Below are positions 1 to 9,598 of a DNA stretch of 64,000 bases, piece after piece. Source of the stretch: a bacterium (GTDB taxonomy: Bacteria; UBA8248; JACPRG01; G963555815); NCBI GenBank assembly GCA_965218795.1, contig OZ244653.1, positions 2,976,001-3,040,000 on the forward strand, in the 5' to 3' direction. Numbering within the stretch: the stretch's first letter is position 1; each line of letters begins with the position of its first letter. The notes under the pieces were generated by a model. The model did not search any database. It was not told the DNA's origin and saw only the letters and a list, made by a program, of their open reading frames with translations. Position numbers and translations under genes: made by a program.

Positions 1-573
1 ATTGGCTCGCTTGCCGCGTATGCGCTGAGCCGTCTGCCCATCCGGGGCAAGCGGGCGATCCTGGCGGGGGTCCTGGCGGTGTCCATGTTTCCGCAGATAT
101 CCATCGTCGGCCCGGTCTGGCGGATCCTGAGGGCGTTTGGCTGGCTGAATTCCTATCCGGGTCTCGTTGGGCCTTATGTGACGCTCACCCTGCCGCTGGC
201 CGTATGGATCCTGGCGAGTTTTTTCAAGGAATTGCCCAGGGAGTTGGAGGAGGCTGCGAAGATCGACGGCTGCGGGCCGCTCAAAACGCTTGTCAGGGTC
301 ATCGCGCCGGTGGCGGCCCCGGGGATTTTCACTGCGGCCATTCTGATTTTCATATACGCATGGAACGAGTTTTTCTTCGCTCTGCTCATCATGACGCGCC
401 CCGCCGTTCAGACCTTGCCGGTGGGGATTGCCCTGTTTCCCGGCCAGTACACCATGCCGTGGGGGGAGATTTCCGCTGCCTGCGTCATCGCCACCTTGCC
501 GCTGGTCATTTTGGTCCTGCTCTTTCAACAAAGGATCATCCGGGGCCTTTCGGCCGGGTCGATTGTGCAGTGA
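1..573 (+). CDS. Carbohydrate ABC transporter permease (MalG-like), 5'-partial
   Basis: Frame is open from base 1 (IGSLAAYALSR...). EAA motif ELEEAAKIDG and AWNEF motif present. Confidence 0.9.
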   Translation: MGSLAAYALSRLPIRGKRAILAGVLAVSMFPQISIVGPVWRILRAFGWLNSYPGLVGPYVTLTLPLAVWILASFFKELPRELEEAAKIDGCGPLKTLVRVIAPVAAPGIFTAAILIFIYAWNEFFFALLIMTRPAVQTLPVGIALFPGQYTMPWGEISAACVIATLPLVILVLLFQQRIIRGLSAGSIVQ

Positions 574-682
574 CAAAATATATGTACAAATAGGCACCTT
601 CCCGAACAAAGGACATCTTGCAAAGGGGAAACGAGCTCCCCCGGACAACAGAGGGGAGGAGCCGTAACAACGGCTGAGAAGA

Positions 683-744
683 TGGATTCCCGCCCCTGCC
701 GGATACATGCAGGGGCAGGCTGGCAGGCTTGCAGCAGGAATCCA
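683..744. repeat. Degenerate REP-like palindrome
   Basis: TGGATTCC...GGAATCCA arms enclose an inner GCCCCTGC/GCAGGGGC hairpin. Confidence 0.45.
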
Positions 745-767
745 GCCAACATAGGACGGGCTGCGAG

Positions 768-915
768 AGAAGGACCTGGACGCGTACCTGAAGACGCCTC
801 GTCAAGTTCTACAACACCGAGCGCTCTCATCAGGGCTGTCACAACATGGGCAGCCGACCCATCGTCACGGTCAAGAAGTTTATCCAACCCGTGAGGAAAG
901 AAGCCTAGTCATACA
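768..915 (+). pseudogene. IS481-family transposase C-terminal remnant with right end
   Basis: Translates KDLDAYLK then, after a frame break, KFYNTERSHQGCHNMGSRP...KEA*. Ends ...TAGTCATACA, an ACA terminus typical of IS481. Confidence 0.6.
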
Positions 916-927
916 GGAGACAAAGAG

Positions 928-1509
928 ATGGTATCTTTCGAACAGCATCTCGAAGAATTTCATGTAGTTGCCACCAGCGCCCTTCAAAGAGAGGACGAGT
1001 TTCTCCGCGAATCCTTCTCGCAATATGAGGACACCAAACGTTACCTAGATTGGCCCCATGGAATCCCGATTCTATTTGAGGTGATATTGGTCTATCTCAT
1101 CTTTCGGGAATTGCTTTCAAGAAAATTTCCTTTAGAAGTCCTTTGGGAGCACGAATTCCCATCGAATCGTAAATCGAAGGCGGACTTGGTATTGAGAGAG
1201 AACCGGGGAAGTATATTAAGAGAACAGGCATTTATCGAATTTAAAATTTGGAAAACCGAGTATGCCAAAGAAATTGAAGCTGACATCAAGAAGTTGAAAG
1301 GTGAACTTGGTGGTTATAACGAAGTCCCAACCCGAGCCTTTGTTCTTCTTTTTTGGTCGAATCCTGATCAGAATGAAGAATCAGACAACTTGGAATGGCT
1401 CAAAGAGAACCTGGAAGCCGATTTCATCATGTCTTCAAGTTTTTGGACGAAAGGGCGGGAGTCGAAATATCACAGAGCGACTCTAGCTCTTTTTGAAGTT
1501 GGGCTCTAA
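928..1509 (+). CDS. Hypothetical protein, putative PD-(D/E)XK nuclease fold
   Basis: 193-aa AT-rich ORF with RBS AGGAG. Motif WEHE...KADLVL...FIEFK. Confidence 0.6.
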   Translation: MVSFEQHLEEFHVVATSALQREDEFLRESFSQYEDTKRYLDWPHGIPILFEVILVYLIFRELLSRKFPLEVLWEHEFPSNRKSKADLVLRENRGSILREQAFIEFKIWKTEYAKEIEADIKKLKGELGGYNEVPTRAFVLLFWSNPDQNEESDNLEWLKENLEADFIMSSSFWTKGRESKYHRATLALFEVGL

Positions 1510-1598
1510 ATTTGGATTTGTTTTTTAGATGATATAGCGGAGATCCACTCAACGGGGTATCGGGTGCAACCTCTAATTTTGAGCTGGGGGGATTCAGG

Positions 1599-1997
1599 AT
1601 GACAGACGAAATCAGGGAAACCGAGAAAGAATTAGGAGAGAAGCTCACGCCCGAGCAGTTCCACGTGACGCAGGAGAAGGGGACGGAGCCCGCGTTCTCA
1701 GGCCAGTACTGGGACACCAAGGACAAAGGGACGTACAAGTGCATCTGCTGCGGAGAGGACCTGTTCCATTCCGACGCCAAGTTCGACTCCGGCACCGGCT
1801 GGCCGAGTTTCTATCAACCCGTTGACGCCGAAACAATCGAGGAGGAAGAGGACCTGAGCTACGGCATGCGGCGGGTGGAGGCGATGTGCAACAATTGCGG
1901 GGCGCATCTCGGTCACGTTTTCCCCGACGGGCCCCAGCCGACGGGATTGCGGTATTGCATCAACTCGGCCTCCTTGGACCTCGAAATGGAGGAATAA
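1599..1997 (+). CDS. msrB: Peptide-methionine (R)-S-oxide reductase
   Basis: [29 protein letters not shown] and RYCINSASL motifs. Confidence 0.97.
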   Translation: MTDEIRETEKELGEKLTPEQFHVTQEKGTEPAFSGQYWDTKDKGTYKCICCGEDLFHSDAKFDSGTGWPSFYQPVDAETIEEEEDLSYGMRRVEAMCNNCGAHLGHVFPDGPQPTGLRYCINSASLDLEMEE

Positions 1998-2013
1998 CCC
2001 TTCCCATTCGTTT

Positions 2014-3573
2014 TCAAGCGGAAGGGACGGCCTTGCCGAGGTCGTCGAGGACGGCTTTGGCCGCGTTGTAGCCGGGAGCTCCTGTGACGCCGCTTCCGGG
2101 ATGGGTTCCCGCGCCGGTGATGTAGAGATTCCGGATGGGCGTCCGGTAATCGCAGACCTCGGGCAGAGGGCGCCCCCGGAACCGATGGTCCATCCCCAAG
2201 TGCAAATGATCCCCATCCCCCGTGGGCAGCCTGATCTGCCGTTCGAAATCCACGGGGGATATCACTTCCATCTCGATCAGCGCGTCCGGGAAGTTGGGAG
2301 CGAACCGTCCCAGCACCTCCAGTGTGCGCATTCCTTCCGATTCTTTCACCTCGTCCCACGACCGTCCGTCGTCAATGGCGTACGGCGCATACCGCGTCTC
2401 GATCCCGATAGGATACCGGCCTTCTGCCCCGAGACCCGGGTCCAGAACGCTCTGTGTCGTCACAAACATTCCCGGATCGTTCAAGAGCCCTTGCCGGCAC
2501 GCCAGATATGAATCCTCCAGAAAGTCGACAGAGGGGCAAATGAGTTGAATGGCGACGTGCTGTTCACCAGGGTTGGGGGAGGACAGAGACGAATACACCG
2601 GAAGTTCCTTTGCGGCCAGCACGACTTTCAGGCACCCGCCCTCGAAAACTTGAATCCCCCGCGCCTTTCGGTGGAGGTCCCTTCCCAGGTCTTCCTCCGT
2701 CAACAGTTCTGACAATGCCTGGCGGGGGTCTACTGCGGTGACGACGACCTTCCCCTCGATGGTATCGCCGTCTACCAGTCTCACCCCCTTGACCTCACCG
2801 TTCGACTGCAGGACCCGGGCGACGGTGCAGCGGGTCCGGATCGTCCCGCCCCATCCCTCGACGGCCCGGGCCATGCTCTGCGTCAGCATCCCGGACCCGC
2901 CGACCGGCTGGGAGAGTCCCCACTTGTGCAGCGCCGCCTGCGCCCCCAGATAAAGCGCCGAGCCCGGCTCGTCCAGTTGCTGGCGGTGGATGGCCGGCCC
3001 CCACATGGCGTGGGGGATCATCAACGCCTTTTCCTCGAAGAACTCCTTCAGGACGCGATTGGCGCTTGCCGACATGGCATGGAAAAGCCGGTCGGCCGAA
3101 TCGCGGTCGAGCGAGCCCAGGGCCTCCTCCAGCGAGGGGGGCGGTTCGAGGAACCAATAGCCTATTGTTTCGTAGACCGGCTCGTAGAACTCGATGAACC
3201 GGCGGTAATCCTCCGCGTCGCGGTCGCTGAACTGACTGGCGATATGGTCGCAGGTGCGGTCGAGGTCCCTGTGAAAGAGGAGGTGTCGGCCGTCGGTCAG
3301 GGGAACGAAAGTGAAGGGGTCGATCCAGAGCCACTCGAGTCCATGCCGCCCGAGTTCCAGGTCTTCCAGCACAGGCGTGGCGTGGATGGGGCCGTAACCG
3401 AAGCTGTAGGCATTCACCCTGATCCCGAACCGGTCCCACGTCTGGACGCACCCGCCGACCTGCTCATCGTGCTCGAGTACGCACACGTTCAGCCCGGCCT
3501 TGGCGAGATAGCCGGCCACGATCAGACCGTTGTGGCCCGCGCCCACGATGATGGCATCAAACTTTTTCGGCAT
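2014..3573 (-). CDS. Phytoene-dehydrogenase-family FAD-dependent oxidoreductase
   Basis: N-terminal GAGHNGL dinucleotide motif. C-terminal YITGAGTHPGSGVTGAPGYNAA. Confidence 0.88.
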   Translation of the reverse strand: MPKKFDAIIVGAGHNGLIVAGYLAKAGLNVCVLEHDEQVGGCVQTWDRFGIRVNAYSFGYGPIHATPVLEDLELGRHGLEWLWIDPFTFVPLTDGRHLLFHRDLDRTCDHIASQFSDRDAEDYRRFIEFYEPVYETIGYWFLEPPPSLEEALGSLDRDSADRLFHAMSASANRVLKEFFEEKALMIPHAMWGPAIHRQQLDEPGSALYLGAQAALHKWGLSQPVGGSGMLTQSMARAVEGWGGTIRTRCTVARVLQSNGEVKGVRLVDGDTIEGKVVVTAVDPRQALSELLTEEDLGRDLHRKARGIQVFEGGCLKVVLAAKELPVYSSLSSPNPGEQHVAIQLICPSVDFLEDSYLACRQGLLNDPGMFVTTQSVLDPGLGAEGRYPIGIETRYAPYAIDDGRSWDEVKESEGMRTLEVLGRFAPNFPDALIEMEVISPVDFERQIRLPTGDGDHLHLGMDHRFRGRPLPEVCDYRTPIRNLYITGAGTHPGSGVTGAPGYNAAKAVLDDLGKAVPSA

Positions 3574-3691
3574 GGCTCTCAAAATGAAGTTGCACGAGAC
3601 TCAATGGAACCGGGCATGGATGACAAACAAGATAGTAGGATGGCCATCCTGCTGCCATCGGAAGGCGGGCTGGAAGCCCGCCCCACCTCGG

Positions 3692-3886
3692 TTAATCCTT
3701 TTTAAACCAATACGCGTAAACCGGCCGGATAAGAAACAGGACGAACAAGACCGTCAGAAGCCAACGGTTGGCCAACACCCATCCTGGTATATAGGCCCCA
3801 ATCATCATCCCGAAGACAAACACTGCCCATTTTAGCAAACCGATATCCCAAGGAGTCCAAGGTTTTGTTTGCCATAGCTTCATCAT
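3692..3886 (-). CDS. Small two-TM membrane protein
   Basis: 64-aa hydrophobic ORF (WTPWDIGLLKW...). Confidence 0.6.
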   Translation of the reverse strand: MMKLWQTKPWTPWDIGLLKWAVFVFGMMIGAYIPGWVLANRWLLTVLFVLFLIRPVYAYWFKKD

Positions 3887-4250
3887 TCTTCCCCGGATTG
3901 TGAACGGAAGACACGCCCATAAGGCACGATTGGCTTACGGAAACTCCAAATCCCCGGCGTCGCCTTTCAATGAATTCCGCAAGTTCCGGTAGGGCGGGCT
4001 GGAAGGCAAAGTCGGCGCCAACGATGTAACCATGTCAGAGAGGAATCTTCATCGCAAGGGCGTATCGAGGATATTCAACCCTGAATACCTGCCCCTGCAT
4101 GTATTGGATAGGAGAAGGCCAAGATGCCCAATCGTTGATTCTCATCGAGGCGTTCACTACAATGCGTTCAAAGCGAAAGGCAGACAAGACGGAAGAATTC
4201 ATGACAGAGGTTGAGATGCGCAAGCCGTCTCACGAAAAGGAATGCGCGCC

Positions 4251-5186
4251 ATGGTGAAAGCGGTCAACGTACGAGGCATCATCCCGGCCACGGTCCTGCC
4301 CATGACGGAAGACTGCAAGATGGACCCCACGTCAATGAAGACCTATTACGACTGGCTCATCGACCAGGGGGTTTGCGCGGTCGCAGTCAATGTGGATACG
4401 GGCGAAGGACCCCATCTCTATCCTGAAGAAAAGCGCGCGGTGTTGGAGAAGGTTGTCGAGATCGTGGACGGAAGGGTCTCCGTGATCGCGGGTTTGACGG
4501 CGATGTTCACCCAGCAGGCCATCGAACAGGCCAAGGAAGCCGAGGCGGTCGGGGCCGACGGCCTGCTGATGTTTCCGATCCCCGCCTTCCGGGGGAAGCC
4601 GCAGGACAGAGAACAGATCTACGCCTACCACGCGGCCATCGCCGATGCCGTCGATCTGCCCATGGTCCTCTTTCAACTGCAGGACGCACTGGGCGGCGTG
4701 GAATTCGAGGACGAGACTCTCCTTCGTCTCTGTGAGATCGAGAATGTCGCTGCGATCAAGGAAGCCTCCTTCGATGCTCTCAAATTCGTTCGGACGGTAG
4801 CGGCCCTGAGCGCCGCCCCAAGGACGCCCGTCATCCTGACTGGAAACGATAATTTTATTTGCGAATCCTTCATCCTGGGCGCCAAGGGCGCCCTCATCGG
4901 GTTTGGAACAGTGGCGACCTCCCTCCAGGTTGAGGCCTTCCATGCCGCGATGGAAAACGACTTCGACAAGGTCAAGGAGATCAGCCGTACAATTCAGCCC
5001 CTCGTGGACGCCACTTTCGGTCCTCCGGTCCGTAATTACCGGGCGCGTTTGAAGGAAGTGCTCGTGATGCAGGGGATCATCGAACGCGCGACGGTTCGTC
5101 CGCCGCTGGTGACCGTCCCGGAGGCGGAACGGGAGGCGATTCGTCAGGCCCTCGAGACGATGGAGCTGCTGCCGGTCAGGGCCTGA
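4251..5186 (+). CDS. Dihydrodipicolinate synthase/N-acetylneuraminate lyase family aldolase
   Basis: DTGEG motif and Schiff-base Lys in AIKEAS. Confidence 0.88.
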   Translation: MVKAVNVRGIIPATVLPMTEDCKMDPTSMKTYYDWLIDQGVCAVAVNVDTGEGPHLYPEEKRAVLEKVVEIVDGRVSVIAGLTAMFTQQAIEQAKEAEAVGADGLLMFPIPAFRGKPQDREQIYAYHAAIADAVDLPMVLFQLQDALGGVEFEDETLLRLCEIENVAAIKEASFDALKFVRTVAALSAAPRTPVILTGNDNFICESFILGAKGALIGFGTVATSLQVEAFHAAMENDFDKVKEISRTIQPLVDATFGPPVRNYRARLKEVLVMQGIIERATVRPPLVTVPEAEREAIRQALETMELLPVRA

Positions 5187-5405
5187 GACGTCCCTACGAC
5201 ATTTCAGATTTGGGAACTAACCGAATCTTGGAAGAATGCTCAAAACCCCGGTGAGAAATTTCGTCAGAAAAAATCTCACGGCAGAGCCGAGAGGATAATT
5301 GAAGATCTCAGTCCGGAGCAGAAGGAGGGATTGATAAGGAAATTCCAAGAGGAGCGCTAGTATGGTGTCTCGGAAATAAGCATGCATAAAATCAGCCTTC
5401 CCCTG

Positions 5406-5489
5406 TTGTCACCCCCGCGAAAGCGGGGGTCCAGGGCCGCAAAACGGGTGTCAGACTGCCCTGGATTCCCGCTTTCGCGGGAATGACAA
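5406..5489. repeat. REP-type palindromic element (inverted pair)
   Basis: TTGTCACCCCCGCGAAAGCGGGGGTCCAGGG ... CCCTGGATTCCCGCTTTCGCGGGAATGACAA: two inverted GCGAAAGC hairpin units. Confidence 0.8.
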
Positions 5490-5621
5490 GGAGGGTGGTG
5501 GGAAGCTCCGGTCCCCGTGAAGGCATCGATATATTTTGGTACTTATTTCTGAGACGGCACACTAGCAGCAACCGTAATATGGACCGTTGCTGCATACGAG
5601 GGGTTTGGAGGAGCAAAGGAG

Positions 5622-6614
5622 ATGAAATTCGGCCTGTCGCCGTGCCAGGAAAAAATCCGGTGGGAGCACACCGTCGAGCAATGCGTGAAAGGGGAGGAGT
5701 GGGGCTACGATTCCCTTTGGATTCAAGAGCACCACAGCGTGGAGGAAGGCTACTACCCCTCTATCTGGCCGGTCCTGGGAGGTATCGCCGCGCAGACAAA
5801 GACCGTCCAGGTAGGCACGAGCGTCCTGATTGTCCCTTTTTATCACCCATTCCACATCGCAGAAGACGCGACCATGGTGGACGTCATTTCAAATGGGCGA
5901 ATGGTGCTGGGCCTCGGCGTGGGATACCGGGAGGCCGAGTTCGATCTGTACGGCGTTCCCCTCAAGCAGCGCGGGTCACGAACGGAAGAGGGGACGAAGG
6001 TCATCCTCGATCTGTTCAACCGGGACGAAGTCAACCATGACGGAAAGTACTACAAACTGAAAGGGGCGCGGCTCCTCCCGAAACCGATCCAAAAGCCGCG
6101 GCCCCCGATCTGGATAGGCGGCTGGCAGGAGCCGGCCTGCGCGCGCGCGGCCCGGCTCTCCGACGCCTGGTTTCCCGGCCCTACAGCCGACCTGGAAAAG
6201 GTCATGACGGCCTATGGGTATTACAAGGACGCCCTGGGCGCGACGGATGAAGAGATCCGCTCCAAGGAATTTCCCATCATGCGGGAGCTTTTTTGCTGTA
6301 AGAACAAAGCCGCGGAAGAGGAGGCGCTGGAGCGCCTCCAGCACATGTACATGGAGGATTACGTCCGCTGGGGTCACAAGACGACTTCAACCGGCGAGCA
6401 GGACGTCACCTTCCAGGGCTTGATGAAAGACCGGTTCATCGTCGGTCCCCCTGAGAAATGCATCGAAGGGCTGGAGACGTTCATCGATGCGTTGGGGGTC
6501 AACCACCTGATCTTTCGGATGCACTTTCACAACATTCGCCAGCACGCGGTGTTGGATTCCATGGAGTTGTTCGCCAAGGAGTGCATCCCTCATCTGAAGA
6601 AGAAATACGGCTAA
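5622..6614 (+). CDS. LLM-class flavin-dependent oxidoreductase (paralogue 1)
   Basis: GYDSLWIQEHH, GLGVGYR and PKPIQKPRPPIWIGG motifs. Confidence 0.93.
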   Translation: MKFGLSPCQEKIRWEHTVEQCVKGEEWGYDSLWIQEHHSVEEGYYPSIWPVLGGIAAQTKTVQVGTSVLIVPFYHPFHIAEDATMVDVISNGRMVLGLGVGYREAEFDLYGVPLKQRGSRTEEGTKVILDLFNRDEVNHDGKYYKLKGARLLPKPIQKPRPPIWIGGWQEPACARAARLSDAWFPGPTADLEKVMTAYGYYKDALGATDEEIRSKEFPIMRELFCCKNKAAEEEALERLQHMYMEDYVRWGHKTTSTGEQDVTFQGLMKDRFIVGPPEKCIEGLETFIDALGVNHLIFRMHFHNIRQHAVLDSMELFAKECIPHLKKKYG

Positions 6615-6756
6615 GCCGTTCGGGACTCTTTTCTTCCATTCCGTGATCCCTGAAGGTACGCTGGGAAGGACCGGTCACGATCCGTTCGATCCCCCGGCAG
6701 ACCCGTCCGAATCGAGGTTTCTTCGAGGTGCGTGACCCGCTCAGGAGCCTGAAAGC

Positions 6757-7749
6757 ATGAAATTCGGTCTCGCCCCATGTCAGGAAAAAGCGCGCTGGGC
6801 GGAAACCGTCGAGCAGACGGTGAAGGCCGAGGAGTGGGGGTACGACTCGATCTGGATCTCTGAGCATCACAGCGTGGAAGAGGGTTACTACCCGTCGCCC
6901 TGGGTCGCACTGGCGGGGTTGGCGCCCCACACGAAAAACGTTCAATTGGGCACGGCGGTCGTCATCGCCCCTTATTACCACCCCTTCCACATTGCCGAAG
7001 ACGCGACCATGGTGGACGTCATCTCCGACGGGCGGTGCATCGTGGGATTGGGGGTCGGATACCGCGAAGAGGAGTTCGAGATTTTCGACGTCCCGATTCG
7101 GGAGCGCGGCGGGCGGACCGAGGAGGCGGCCCGAATCCTGCGTGAGTTGTGGGCCCATGACCGTATCTCCTTCGAAGGAAAGTACTACCAGTTGCGTGAA
7201 GCGTGTCTTCTGCCCAAACCTGTCCAGCGCCCCCGTCCGCCTATCTGGTTGGGAGGCTGGACCGAGCCCGCCTGCGCGCGCGCGGCGCGTCTGGCCGATG
7301 CCTGGTTTCCCGGCCCCTCCGCCGACCTGGAAAAGGTGAAGCGGGCAAACGGTTTCTACCGGAAAGCCCTTGCCGAGGCGGGGGAACAACATGAAAAGCG
7401 GGAATCCCCGTTAATGAGGGAATGCTTTTGCTGCAAGGACCAGGAAGCGGAAGCGCTGGCGCGGGAACGCCTCTTTCACATTTACACCGCCGATTACATC
7501 ACCTGGGGGCACACGACCACCACGACCGGCGAGGCGGAAGTCACCTTCGAGGGTTTGATGAAGGACCGGTTCATCGTTGGGTCCCCCGAGGCCTGCATCG
7601 AGGGTTTGGAAACCTGCGTCAAAGAGCTGGGCGTGGACCATCTGATTTTTCGGATGCACTTTCACAACATGCCCCAGCAGGCGGTGCTGGATTCCATGGA
7701 ACTGTTCGCGAAGGAATGCATGCCGTATCTCAAGAAGCAGTATCCCTGA
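6757..7749 (+). CDS. LLM-class flavin-dependent oxidoreductase (paralogue 2)
   Basis: Same motifs as paralogue 1, also 330 aa and colinear. Confidence 0.93.
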   Translation: MKFGLAPCQEKARWAETVEQTVKAEEWGYDSIWISEHHSVEEGYYPSPWVALAGLAPHTKNVQLGTAVVIAPYYHPFHIAEDATMVDVISDGRCIVGLGVGYREEEFEIFDVPIRERGGRTEEAARILRELWAHDRISFEGKYYQLREACLLPKPVQRPRPPIWLGGWTEPACARAARLADAWFPGPSADLEKVKRANGFYRKALAEAGEQHEKRESPLMRECFCCKDQEAEALARERLFHIYTADYITWGHTTTTTGEAEVTFEGLMKDRFIVGSPEACIEGLETCVKELGVDHLIFRMHFHNMPQQAVLDSMELFAKECMPYLKKQYP

Positions 7750-7842
7750 TTCCGGTGAGGAGGAGAGGGCTTGCCGCTCAGCGGGAATTCTCGAGGACGC
7801 TGCCGGAATGTTCACGACTTGAATGATGGGAGTGCCTTAAGG

Positions 7843-8595
7843 ATGGCCGGAAGACTGGATGGACGCGTGGCTCTCGTGACAGGCGGCGCGCAGGGGATCG
7901 GACTGGTCTATTGCGAGGGATTGGCCAAGGAAGGGGCCAAAGTGGTCGTCAACGATCTCCTCGATTGCGCGGGGCCGGCGAATCAAATCAAGGAAGACAG
8001 AGGAGAAGCTATCGGGATTGAGGGAGATATCTGCGACCCCAAGGCGATGGATGCCGCCGTGAAGAAGACGGTCGATGCCTTTGGACGCCTGGATATCCTT
8101 GTCAATAACGCCGCCCTGTACGCCGGTATCCAGCGAGGCTCGATGTTCGACATCACACTGGAGGAATGGGAACGCGTGATGAAGGTCAATGTCATCGGGC
8201 AGATCGTGGCGGCCCAGGCCGTGGCCAGGCAGATGAAGGAACAAAAATACGGGAAGATCGTGAACATCGCTTCCGCTGTCGTGGACACGGGCATCCCCGC
8301 CTTCATCCATTACACGGCATCCAAGGGCGCCGTCTACGCCATGACCCGGGCCATGGCACGGGAGCTGGGTGCTGACGGGATCACCGTCAATTCCATTTCC
8401 CCGGGGTATGTGGATGTGACCTCGAACGATCCGTTGCCGAAAGATCGTCACGACGATAACATCAGGGTTCGGTGCATCAAGCGCAACCAGTACCCCGATG
8501 ACCTCGTCGGCACGCTCATCTATCTATCCTCGGCCGACAGTGATTTTGTGACCGGCCAAAACATCATTGTGGACGGCGGAATCGCGTTCGCCTAG
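7843..8595 (+). CDS. SDR-family oxidoreductase (paralogue 1)
   Basis: TGGAQGIG, NNA and YTASK motifs. Start placed at MAGRLDG. Confidence 0.93.
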   Translation: MAGRLDGRVALVTGGAQGIGLVYCEGLAKEGAKVVVNDLLDCAGPANQIKEDRGEAIGIEGDICDPKAMDAAVKKTVDAFGRLDILVNNAALYAGIQRGSMFDITLEEWERVMKVNVIGQIVAAQAVARQMKEQKYGKIVNIASAVVDTGIPAFIHYTASKGAVYAMTRAMARELGADGITVNSISPGYVDVTSNDPLPKDRHDDNIRVRCIKRNQYPDDLVGTLIYLSSADSDFVTGQNIIVDGGIAFA

Positions 8596-8680
8596 CGCGC
8601 GGGTGATTCTGTACTTGGGATTCAATCGCATTGCCGGGAGGCGAACCATTCAGAAAGCCCCCGGCAGAGGAGAAGGTCTG

Positions 8681-9433
8681 ATGGCTGGAAGGCTGGATGG
8701 AAAAGTTGCGGTGATCACGGGCTCGGCTCAAGGCATCGGCTGGGTCTACGCGGAAGCGATGGCGGAAGAAGGGGCCAAGGTCGTCATCAATGACATTACG
8801 GATTGCGAAGAGCCCGCTCAGGCCCTTCGTGATTCCGGGGCGGAGGCGATTGGGATTCAGGCGGACGTTACGGACCTCGGAGCGATGGAAGAAGCGGTCC
8901 AAAGGACGGTCGATGCGTTCGGAAGCGTGGACGTTCTGGTCAACAATGCCGCCATCTTTGCGGGTCTCCAGCGGAGGTCGTTCTTTGACATTCCCATGGA
9001 CGAATGGGACAAGGTCATTCACGTCAATATCACGGGAACCTTCGTTCCCATCCGTGCGTTTGCACAACAAATGAAGAAACAGGGGACGGGCAAGATCGTG
9101 AACATCTCTTCAGCCGTCGTCGCCACTGGAATCCCCGACTTCGTCCACTACACGACCTCGAAATCAGCGGTCATCGGGATGACCCGTGCGATGGCCCGCG
9201 AGCTGGGCCCCTCCGGCGTCAGCGTCAATGCCGTGATGCCGGGATACGTCATGGCGCCTTCGAATGAGGGCAACCCCAAATCCGTCGATGACATGAATGT
9301 TTCGAGGCGCTCGATTCAGCGCACCGGCTATCCGGCGGACGTCGTGGGAACGGTGCTTTATCTGTCCACCTCGGAAAGCGATTTTGTGACGGGTCAATCG
9401 ATCATCGTGGATGGAGGGATTTGCTTCGGGTGA
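8681..9433 (+). CDS. SDR-family oxidoreductase (paralogue 2)
   Basis: TGSAQGIG, NNA and YTTSK motifs. Start placed at MAGRLDG. Confidence 0.93.
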   Translation: MAGRLDGKVAVITGSAQGIGWVYAEAMAEEGAKVVINDITDCEEPAQALRDSGAEAIGIQADVTDLGAMEEAVQRTVDAFGSVDVLVNNAAIFAGLQRRSFFDIPMDEWDKVIHVNITGTFVPIRAFAQQMKKQGTGKIVNISSAVVATGIPDFVHYTTSKSAVIGMTRAMARELGPSGVSVNAVMPGYVMAPSNEGNPKSVDDMNVSRRSIQRTGYPADVVGTVLYLSTSESDFVTGQSIIVDGGICFG

Positions 9434-9598
9434 CGGTGTACGGAGCGGATGGAGCTATCCAGGCGTCCGATCACTCTTCAGTCGGAAGGTTTGCTTTGCA
9501 AGCGGAGCTGAGCGCCGCAATTTCAACCAAAAAGAAAATCATCGTTCTCTCATCGTGAGGGTTGTCTTCTATCTCTGACAGGGGCGGAGGATCTGAAA

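Noticed and set aside
2014-3573. Carotenoid biosynthesis crtI
   Set aside because: No crtB or crtE neighbours; the family includes many non-carotenoid oxidoreductases.
5622-7749. Bacterial luciferase luxAB
   Set aside because: Generic LLM motifs only; no luxCDE nearby.
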